From Octopus sinensis (lineage: Eukaryota), in the NCBI RefSeq assembly GCF_006345805.1, contig NW_021823847.1:1-20940 (forward strand): 20,940 nt of DNA. The letters are read 5' to 3'. This document shows positions 8,713 through 17,640 of this stretch, in pieces. The translations under genes were made by a program, and so were the position numbers. Each line of letters begins with the position of its first letter. The first letter of the stretch is position 1. The notes below the pieces were generated by a model that ran no database searches, was not told the DNA's origin, and worked only from the letters and a program-made list of their open reading frames with translations.

Positions 8713-9660
8713 ATATTTAAATAATGAGGGAGATAAATTAATATTAATTTTAATATCAATTTAAAACAAGTAGTCTAGCATACAAAAAATCTGAGAAGTC
8801 AGAGAAAATTCTAATATATGTGTATATTGGCAGGGCAAAACTGCTAGGAAGTCGGCCGTATGCTAGAAATAGATCATCAACGATCAAACTACAAAGAAAG
8901 TTCTCTAGAGGAAAAATTCAGCGAACACCAGAACCAATTTGGCGGCAGGACAGATGAAAATTTATATAAAAAACAGAATTAATTGCATACCTCGGTTTCG
9001 GCCTTTAACAAAAGAATTACTTACATAATTCAAATGTCCGTGGCTTCATCAGTGCAATCGTTCAGTGTAAATGCAATCTGAAAAACTCTACCCCGCTTAC
9101 TGTGCCAAAACAGACAAGTGTTTTAGTTTACACCGATTACATTAGGGATAAAATTTCAAATGTCTTGGTTCCGGCGCGCTAAGAAATTCCTGAAGCGAAG
9201 AACTGCAGTAAATAATTCACTGCGGTTAGTGCTTGCTACTAGAGAACGTATTTATTTCAATATTTAAATAATGAGGGAATTAAATTAATATTAATTTTAA
9301 TATCAATTTAAAACCAGTAGTCTAGCATACAAAAAATCTGAGAAGTCAGAGAAAATTCTAATATATGTGTATATTGGCAGGGCAAGACTGCTAGGAAGTC
9401 GGCCGTATGCTAGAAATAGATCATCAACGATCAAACTACAAAGAAAGTTCTCTAGAGAAAAAATTCAGCGAACACCAGAACCAAATTTGGCGGGCAGGAC
9501 AGATGAAAATTTATATAAAAAACAGAATTAATTGCATTCCTCGGTTTCGGCCTTTAACAAAAGAATTACTTACATAATTCGAACTTTCTTTGTAGTTTGA
9601 TCGTTGATGATCTATTTCTAGCATACGGCCGACTACCTAGCAGTCTTGCCCTGCCAATAT
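8713..9660 (-). mobile_element. Hammerhead-containing non-coding tandem element (retrozyme-like or non-autonomous Penelope-like): ~549-bp unit as ~1.6-mer plus 80-bp inversion
   Basis: Direct repeats 8713-9031 and 9260-9580 differ by 6 substitutions and 2 single-base indels (manual count). 9581-9660 is an inverted copy of 9371-9450. TA tracts flank both ends. It contains the complete hammerhead at 8982-9058. Confidence 0.75.
8982..9058 (-). ncRNA. Type I hammerhead ribozyme motif
   Basis: Minus strand: AUUGCA (9058-9053), CUGAUGA (9052-9046), AGCC...long stem II with GAAUUA/UAAUUC hairpin...GGCC, GAAA (8999-8996), CCGAGG, UA, then UGCAAU (8987-8982; perfect 6-bp stem I). Predicted cleavage is after GUA, between 8988 and 8987. 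Pair 10.1-11.1 is A.C rather than the usual G-C. Confidence 0.85.
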
Positions 9661-9709
9661 ATATATATATATACATAGACATACACACACACACATATAT
9701 GTATATGAT

Positions 9710-9975
9710 GGCGCATGGCCCTGTGGTTAGGGTGCTGCCCTCGACGGTCGCACCGTGGTTTCACTACCTAGACTGGATGGCACGTTGATTTCTTGAGCAA
9801 GACACTTCATCTCATACTGCTATGCATCATTTCGACGCCTGATGCGTGGTGCACCGTGCACCCGTAGAGACAACGTCAATTTCATGGAGGGAGTGCGCTA
9901 ATGAAACAGCACATACATTTAAATATTATCAACAAATCTTTTGTGCATGTCGTTCGACAAGAAATTGCGGAACAT
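9710..9975 (+). mobile_element. Degenerate tRNA-headed SINE (GGCGCATGGCCCTGTGGTTAG head)
   Basis: tRNA-like A box and TTCTTGAGCAAGACACTTCATCTCA block. The head resembles 17340-17470. Confidence 0.6.
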
Positions 9976-9997
9976 CCTGCACAAATAATAATGCATA

Positions 9998-10500
9998 TTG
10001 GGTCATCCCATAAATAATGCAGTTTTTTTATACTTCTTTTATTGTTCAAAATTAAGATAAGGAATGTTCTTTCTTAATTTAATCGTTATAGAATTTTCCA
10101 TAATATTTATATATACTTATGAATGTAGGTACAGAATGATAATATCTCTGTCCTCCTCTCTCAATGCTCTTCCATCTATGTGGTAGACTTTCATGGCCCC
10201 TCTTCCAAAATTCACTTGTACGTGACGAAAAACACTCCTTCAGTACTATTCTGACCTCGTCTACAGAATTCATATTTTTTCTGTCCAAATGATTTTGAAG
10301 ACTGCGGAATAAATGATAATCAGATGGGACAATGTCCGGCGAATTTGATGGGTGGGGCATCGTTTCCCATTTAAACTGCTCCAACCTTTAGAATGTCGTA
10401 CTCGCTGTATGTGGCCGAGCATTACCCTGATGGAAGAACATTTTTCATCTTGAAACCCAAGATAGTTTTCTTCTAGCACTGACAGTTTTTCTTCTAGCAC
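9998..10500 (-). mobile_element. Mariner transposase 3' remnant with probable terminal inverted repeat
   Basis: HQGNARPHTASTTF*RLEQFKWETMPHPSNSPDIVPSDYHLFRSLQNHL...RGHESLPHRW matches the mariner HDNARPH and YSPDLAPSDY motifs. A candidate TIR TTGGGTCATCCCATAAATAATGC starts at 9998, after TA at 9996-9997. Confidence 0.85.
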
Positions 10501-10519
10501 TGACTTAAGACGCTCAATC

Positions 10520-11103
10520 TACTCGCAGGTGATCTTTTTTTATCATGTGGTTTGGGTTTAAATATTCAAAGTGGACTAAACCTTTCATATCCCATCAAAA
10601 TTTACATCTAATTTTTCAAAAACTAGAGTCGAATTTTGGACACTTGTGAGACCACGTCATCCCACAATTATCTCTACTGCTGCTCCGATCATCCACATCA
10701 TATAATTCGGTCAAATCTGAAATCCCAATTTTTTTTAGGATAAAACGGGATTTCTACTGATATAGGGGATTACTAGAAACATGCAAATGCTTTTGCACAT
10801 TATGTCAAACGTAGTAACCATGAATCACGATTAAAGGAAATAGCAAATGATATAACTAAGATTAGCAAAGCAAGTCAAACCTTCACGGATAATTCTAGCA
10901 AACACATTACAATGTGTGACAGAATTTCATTAGTGATTAACTGGCTCCGAAATTTCGTTGACATTTCAAAAGTGTTGCATGAAAGTTACCAGCGTGTTGC
11001 GGAAAAATATCCTTGTTTCAAAAAAATATTTCCTCAGCCGCCTATTGTAGACTTTAGACAGAATAAAAATATAAGAGAACTATCAACCTCCAAGAAAATA
11101 TAA
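10520..11103 (+). mobile_element. Penelope-like element RT/thumb/linker remnant
   Basis: Frameshifted pieces: DLFFIMW (after the YxDD region), H-PSIKFT-like..F(L)D, FFRIKR (cf. SQFLRxKRIC), KHA...VKR (cf. F.KRGY), then DRISLVINW...ISKVLH...FKKIFPQPPIVDFRQNKNIREL (cf. PxVAYRRxKNLRDxL). Confidence 0.7.
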
Positions 11104-11239
11104 TATTGGAGTATTTGTACGCTGTACCTTGAAAAACACCCGACAAAATTACTTAGCAAAGACAAGCTTGCTCTCGAAATATCGTTCAACCAATAAAATA
11201 TTTATTGCAATCGCATCGCGCTCATCGTATTGCCTCATA

Positions 11240-11285
11240 ATAATAGTAATAAAAAATAATGATAATGATAATAGCAATAATAATA

Positions 11286-11339
<54 letters not shown>

Positions 11340-11353
11340 TAATAATAATAATA
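11240..11353. repeat. (AAT)n array
   Basis: Direct reading. Confidence 0.95.
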
Positions 11354-11481
11354 CCAAGTTTAGTACAGCTCCAGAAAACAGTGTTATTAGGGACGGCTAG
11401 GATACTTAAGAGGGTTCTTGGCATCTAAGGCTACTTGTAACCCGACGTTAAAATTTTTATTTTCCAACAGCTGTTCTGACT
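11354..11481 (+). mobile_element. Very short 3' end of an R4/Dong-like element inside (TAA)n
   Basis: PSLVQLQKTVLLGTARILKRVLGI* (stop 11426-11428) is the typical R4-clade C-terminus (QKxxLLGTAxILR), followed by a ~55-bp UTR. (TAA)n on both sides. Confidence 0.75.
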
Positions 11482-11493
11482 ATAATAATAATA

Positions 11494-11560
<67 letters not shown>

Positions 11561-11561
<1 letters not shown>

Positions 11562-12021
11562 GCCTCATTGATATGACTGTCCCAATCAATATAAACGTAT
11601 CTGTCAAGACCTACCAGAATCTGAGCAAGTATAAAGATCTTGAAATAGAAATCAGAAAAATGTGGAATCTGAAGACTAAAACAATACCTGTTGTCATAGG
11701 TGCCCTGGGAATGATAGCAAAAGGGGCTGATTGCTACCTACCTCAGTATCCAGGAAACCCCAAAATGGCAGAAATTCCAACATAGTGCTCATGGAAAAGC
11801 TCATATGCTACGCAAAATACTCTCTATGTAATCTCAAGTTTAAAAACAAAATAATTTTCGTATGTTTTTTTAGACATTCACTTGTACAACACTAAGTACA
11901 AAACCAAATATATGGAACCCTAGGCATAACACAGGCAGGAACTTCCAACTTGTTGTCTCTTGAGGTCTCTGGTGAGACTTGGAGCTAGCTTGTACAGATG
12001 TAAAGCAAAAGTCAAACATAG
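11561..12021 (+). mobile_element. 5'-truncated R4/Dong-like element (RLE C-terminus plus 3' UTR) inside (TAA)n
   Basis: LIDMTVPIN..KYKDLEIEIRKMWNLKTKTIPVVIGALGMI, then after a frameshift IVLM..AHMLRKILSM* (stop 11829-11831). (TAA)n at 11482-11560 and 12022-12140. Confidence 0.85.
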
Positions 12022-12036
12022 AATAATAATAATAAT

Positions 12037-12071
<35 letters not shown>

Positions 12072-12140
12072 TAATTATATAATAATAAAATTTATAATAA
12101 TAATAATAATAATAACATAAGTATAATAAATTCGTAATAA

Positions 12141-12518
12141 TCTTTATATATAAAAGTAAGGTTGTGTGTCTGTCTCCTACGATTTAGATTCCTAACTACT
12201 CCCACATTTTGCGGTGCAGTGTAACCAAAAGCGGGTATCTTATAGTTGTAATTCATATCGAGCCCTTCTGGGTATTAGCGCGCGTCTACGATGAGTCTAC
12301 GATTTTAAAAATAATTTACCATCATTTTTTTCGCTATTATATAAGGGAAGTAACTCTCTAAAAATGTCTACGATGAGTCAACGATTTAAAAAAAAATTTA
12401 CCATCATTTTTTTTCCATTTTTAATGCATTTTCTTGCAATTTTTTGGCTATAACTCTCTAAAAATGCTTTATAGTTATTTCCCTTACAAACCCGAGCAAC
12501 GCCGAGCGATACTGCTAG
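12141..12518 (+). mobile_element. Non-autonomous Helitron
   Basis: Inserted between A (12140) and T (12519). Starts TCTTTATATATAAAAG and ends CCCGAGCAACGCCGAG (imperfect subterminal hairpin, 12491-12506) followed by CTAG. No TSD. Internal duplications are present. Confidence 0.8.
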
Positions 12519-12757
12519 TTATGTATAAGTAGAAAATTTGCAGAGGATCTCCAAAGTGCGACTCTACAGACCATGATTCGAAAATTATATATCTGCATGC
12601 ATGCATTTGATTACTGGAATGTGAGAAGGACTTTACGAGAAGACAACTTGGATTACGGCCCTTTCTATACACTATGTATAACATATAACACGCTTACACT
12701 CACACGCACACACATACACGCACACACATACATGAATATATAGGTAACAGTTACAAA

Positions 12758-12990
12758 GGCGGCGAGCTGGCAGAAACGTTAGCACGCCGGATGAAATGCT
12801 TAGCGGTATTTCGTCTGTCGTTACGTTGTGAGTTCAAATTCCGCCGTGGTTGACTTTGCCTTTCATCCTTTCGGGGTCGATAAATTAAGTACCAGTTCCG
12901 GACTGGGGTCGATGTAATCGACTTAATACCTATGTCTGTCCTTGTTTGTCCCCTCTATGTTTAGCCCCTTGTGGGTAATAAAGAAATAGG
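12758..12990 (+). mobile_element. Family-1 SINE, full length, with ~14-bp TSD
   Basis: Complete head, body and tail. Flanks are TAGGTAACAGTTAC (12741-12754) and TAGGTAATAGTTAC (12987-13000). Confidence 0.92.
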
Positions 12991-13403
12991 TAATAGTTAC
13001 GTAATGACTGGTTTTGTTTGATGTTCGTGATCACAGCTATCGCCCAATGTTTTATGTGTTTTCAACTAAAGTTTCCGTAGAAAATGTACTTTTCTTCTTT
13101 CTACATCTGGAAAATAAATGTATGGCTTCGATTCGTGTATTTGAGTTTCGATACATACCGTAAAACAAGAAGCATATTCCCGTGTATATATATAACAATA
13201 ACGTAAAATCAATGTCTCTCGCTCCCCCCCCCCAAAAAAAGGGGGATCTGGTGTGAGTAGTCTCACTTGGCTACTATCTGCTTTCGGGTGTTTTTACACC
13301 AAGGGTATTGAGATTATATTCTCTTATGCCTATAAGATATAGCCGCCCGACAAACTAACAACACACACACCTCAAGTATGTGTGTTAGAATTTCTTCACA
13401 CTC

Positions 13404-13404
13404 A

Positions 13405-13452
<48 letters not shown>
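13404..13452. repeat. (CA)n microsatellite
   Basis: Direct reading. Confidence 0.95.
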
Positions 13453-13454
<2 letters not shown>

Positions 13455-13491
13455 GCACGCGCGCACACATGTATATATATAGATATATATA

Positions 13492-13887
13492 GGCGCGGGA
13501 GTAGCTGTGTGGTAAGTAGCTTGCTTACCAACCACATGGTTCAGGGTTCATTCCCACTGCGTGGCACCTTGGGAAAGTGTCTTCTACTATAGCCTCAGGC
13601 TGACCAATGCCTTGTGAGTGGATTGGGTAGACGGAAACTGAAAGAAGCCCGTCGTATATATGTATATATATGTGTGTGTATGTGTTTGTGTCTGTGTTTG
13701 TCCTCCCCCAGCAACGCTTGACAACCGATGGTGGTGTGGTTACGTCCCCGTAACATAGCAGTTCAGCAAAAGAGGCCGATATAATAAGTACTAGGCTTCC
13801 AAAGAATAAGTCCTGGGGTCGATTTGCTCGACTAAAGGCGGTGCTCCAGCATGACCGCTGTCAAATGACTGGAAAAGTCAAAGAGTA
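13492..13887 (+). mobile_element. Family-3 SINE, full length
   Basis: GGCGCGGGAGTAGCTGTGTGGTAAG head, GGGTTCATTCCC B-box, CACCTTGGGAAAGTGTCTT block, internal TA/GT tract and AAAGAGTA tail. Confidence 0.9.
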
Positions 13888-13907
13888 TATATATATATAT
13901 ATAATAG

Positions 13908-13944
<37 letters not shown>

Positions 13945-14639
13945 AATATATATATATCTGAAGTGATATATCCATAATCACAGAAACCACGAACATTACG
14001 TATGTGCATGTATTTGCATATAAGCAATATGTGTTTCTACAGGAACGAAAATACAGTACTCAATACTTACAAATGAATGCAACAATATATGAATGTATGT
14101 ACGAATGTATGTATGAATGTGTGTATGTATGCATGCATGTGTGCGAGGGCATTTGTGCGTGTGTGTGCGTGTATATATTTGACAACGGAAGAGATCGAGA
14201 GAGAGAGAGGAGAATGGAGGTAGACGGTGAGAGAGGAGGACAGAAATATTAGCATTCTGTACCCACATTCGTAAGTATATATAAATATTATGGAAAATTC
14301 TATAACGATTTATAAATTAGAACTGATATACCCAGATGGCATGAGGATTTAACCGCAAAAAGAAATGAACGAGAGGACACCAACAACAACAACAGCAACA
14401 ACAAAAAGCAGCAAAGTAAAAAACCAAAAACAAAACAGGCGGAACAACAATAATAACGACAACAACTACATCGACATAAATCACAGGAACAACAATTAAA
14501 GAAACAAAAACCCTATAACAATAACAAACACCCACTTTTTAATCGATGATTATTAACTCGCGCATTGATTACGATATACAATGCCAAAACTGAAATGTAT
14601 GTATGCACAAGCTCACTCACTATATGGTCCTGCATACAT

Positions 14640-15020
<381 letters not shown>

Positions 15021-15492
15021 ATGGTTACAGAAAAAGTAGAGAGGATGGAAGGAGAGATAGGAGGGAGAGAGAGAGCGAGGTGTAAACACAACAACGAAAC
15101 TAAACACAGATCAATACCTACTATAAGTGGAAATTCGATAACGTGCCTAACTACCGCTCGTAAAGTTGTTCTACATCTTCGCAGTTACTATGCACTTTGC
15201 TCAATCATTTCACGCAGAAATCGACCAGAGTTAAAAGACATAAGCCCGTACCATCCGGTGATAAAGTTAAAAGCAGTGGGAGTGCCGTGTAAGGTCGAGT
15301 GTTTCGTTAGCTCGTTTATAAAATACACTTCACGTTGGTGATTCATTCCATATCTTGGAGATGAACGTCAGTTGAGTTTAAGTCGGGTGTATGATCCTAA
15401 AGAACAGATTTCTATTCACATTTCAAGTTCCTGGTTTCTTTTTAACTGTCATTTGATAGTTTGTGCGCCAAGAAAAGCTGTATTCTGGCAAT

Positions 15493-15605
15493 ATCGTTAG
15501 CATGCTGGAGAAAAAAAAACTGGTGTTACTTTCGACAATTTAATCTGAGTTCCAATGCCGCCGAAGTCAAATTACCGTTCATCCTTTCGAGGTCTATAAA
15601 ATAAA
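15493..15605 (+). mobile_element. Highly degenerate family-1 SINE
   Basis: TCGTTAGCATGCTGG...CTGAGTTCCAATGCCGCCGAAGTC...TTCATCCTTTCGAGGTCTATAAAATAA. Confidence 0.6.
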
Positions 15606-15679
15606 GCAAGAGTTGAACACAGAATAATTTAGCTGAACCAACCGACTACAATTCTCATTGTTTTAAAGTTTAGTTGTTG

Positions 15680-16035
15680 CTCTATCTTTCTTTTTTGCCA
15701 AACCGCTAAGTTGTGGCAACCTACATATATGTGGCAACCTACATATATGTACACACACACACACATACACATATACACACACATACATATAAACCTACAT
15801 ATATGTACACACACACACATACACATATACACACACATACATATAAACCTACATATATGTACACACACACACATACACATATACACACACATACAACGAG
15901 CTTCTTTCAGCTTCCGTTCACCAAATCCACCCACAAAGCTTTGGGCTATAGTAAAAGGCACTAGTCAAGGTGCCGCGCAATGGAACCGAACCCAAGGTCA
16001 CATGGTTGAGAAGGAAGCTTCTTAAACTCACAGAG
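15680..16035 (-). mobile_element. Degenerate family-3 SINE with amplified internal ~55-bp unit
   Basis: Homology to 2283-2707 at 15895-16030 and 15680-15715. AACCTACATATATGT recurs at 15718, 15736, 15792 and 15846 (spacings 18, 56, 54). Confidence 0.75.
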
Positions 16036-16117
16036 GAGGGTAAATTTAATCTGCAATATTCAAACAAATTTCTTCCTTCAAAACAGAGAATAGATAAAGA
16101 AATCGTCCAGGCCTGAT

Positions 16118-16296
16118 AATGCTTTCTACTATAGACACAAGGCCTGACATTTTTTATTGGTAGTGTGGGGTAGGGGCAGTCGTTTTGATCGACCCCAGTA
16201 CGCAACTGGTTCTTAATTTATCGAGCCCGGAAGGATGAAAGGCAAGGTCGACCTCATAGAAATTTAATTTCAGTACGTAAAGACAGACGAAATACC
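16118..16296 (-). mobile_element. Headless family-1 SINE (AGGCCTTGTG tail variant), downstream partner of a dimer
   Basis: Homologous to 6650-6813 from GGTATTTCGTC onward. Confidence 0.8.
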
Positions 16297-16526
16297 TATT
16301 TCTTTACTACCCACAAGGGGCTAAACACAGAGAGGACAAACAAGGACAGACAAACAGATTAAGTCGATTATATCGACCCCAGTGCGTAAATGGTACTTAT
16401 TTGATCGACCCCGAAAGGATGAAAGACAAAGTCGACCTCGGCAGAATTTGAACTCAGAACGTAGCGGAGACGAACTACCGCAAAGCATTTCGCCCGGCGT
16501 GCTAACGTTTCTGCCAGCTCGCCGCC
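16295..16526 (-). mobile_element. Family-1 SINE, full length
   Basis: Reverse-complement homologue of 12758-12990. Confidence 0.92.
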
Positions 16527-16667
16527 TTAATTAAACATAGATAATGATATAACATGTACAAACACACACACGTACTTTTTTCTTTGTCATCCTCAATGCT
16601 AACTTCTTTCTTCGCCTCTTTCAAATTTAGTATGTCAGCTTTTATCAATATATTACATTTTTAAGGT

Positions 16668-17047
16668 GGAGTCGCAATAGCCCACCGGTTAGGGCAGCGG
16701 AGTCGCGGTCATAGGATCGCGGTTTCGATTTCCATACCGAGCGTTGTGAGTGTTTATTGAGCGAAAACATCTAAAGCTCCACAAAGCTCCGGCAGGGGTA
16801 GTGGCGAACCCTGCTGTACTCTTTCACCACAACTTTCTCTCACTCTTTCTTCCTGTTTCTGTTGTTTATGTAATTCAAAGGGGCCAGCCTTCTCACATTC
16901 TGTGTCACGCTGAATCTCTCCGAGAACTACGTTAAGCGTACACGTGTCTGTGGAATGCTCAACCACTTTCACGTTAATTTCACGAGCAGGCTGTTCCGTT
17001 GATAGGATCAACCGGAACCCTCGTCGTCGTAACCGACGGAGTGCCAC
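16668..17047 (+). mobile_element. Family-2-type SINE with alternative 3' half
   Basis: The 5' part is near-identical in layout to 3108-3290. The 3' part differs from 3290-3416 and matches 5434-5525. Confidence 0.85.
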
Positions 17048-17057
17048 GACCTCTCTA

Positions 17058-17220
17058 AGGCGATGAACTGGCTGAATCGTTGACACATCAGGCAGAATGC
17101 TTATCGGCATTTCGTCCGTCTTTACGTTCTGGGTTCAAATTCAGTTGAGTTCGACTTTGCCTTTTATTCTTTCGAGGTCGATATAGTAAGTATTATAATT
17201 GCTGGCCTTGTGGCTAAATT
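17058..17220 (+). mobile_element. Degenerate family-1 SINE
   Basis: GGCGATGAACTGGCTGAATCGTTG...GGGTTCAAATTC...GACTTTGCCTTTTATTCTTTCGAGGTCGATA. Confidence 0.75.
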
Positions 17221-17339
17221 TGAAACCAATATATTATCTCACTGATTTATTTAATATAGTAACTGTTTATCTTGTTGCTGCTTTTTTTTCCTTCTTATCG
17301 GGTGAAATCTTAATGTACATATATGTATGCCCATGTGAA

Positions 17340-17640
17340 GGCGCATGGTGTGGTGGTGAGCATGATGCTCTCACCGTCACAAAATTGTAGTTTCGATTCC
17401 CAGATCGGCTGTGAGTAATTTTTTTTTAGCAAAACTCTTCATTTCACGCTGCTCCAGTCCAATCCGCTTAGCTGTAAACGGGGGTAACCTCTGCGACGGA
17501 TTGGCGTTTCGTTCCAGGGTAATGTTGGCCTGATCGCCAAGCCAATGGATGAGATGAAATCATTCGAAAGGTACAAGAATACGAGGAAGCGCATTGTGAT
17601 CAGCGATGTACAGCAACATCCGATAGTCTGGCCAATATAG
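17340..17640 (+). mobile_element. Degenerate tRNA-headed SINE whose 3' end matches the 3108-3416 element
   Basis: GTTTCGATTCCCAG B-box. GAAGCGCATTGTGATCAGCGATGTACAGCAAC resembles 3350-3380. Confidence 0.65.

Noticed and set aside
8713-9580. Direct repeats read as LTRs of an LTR retrotransposon or as a CRISPR-like array
   Set aside because: No TG...CA ends, PBS, PPT or TSD. There are only two long repeats, and the context is eukaryotic.
11005-11045. Minus-strand CUGAGGA...GAAA as a third hammerhead
   Set aside because: No stem I, no stem III and no UH triplet in register; it lies inside the Penelope ORF remnant.
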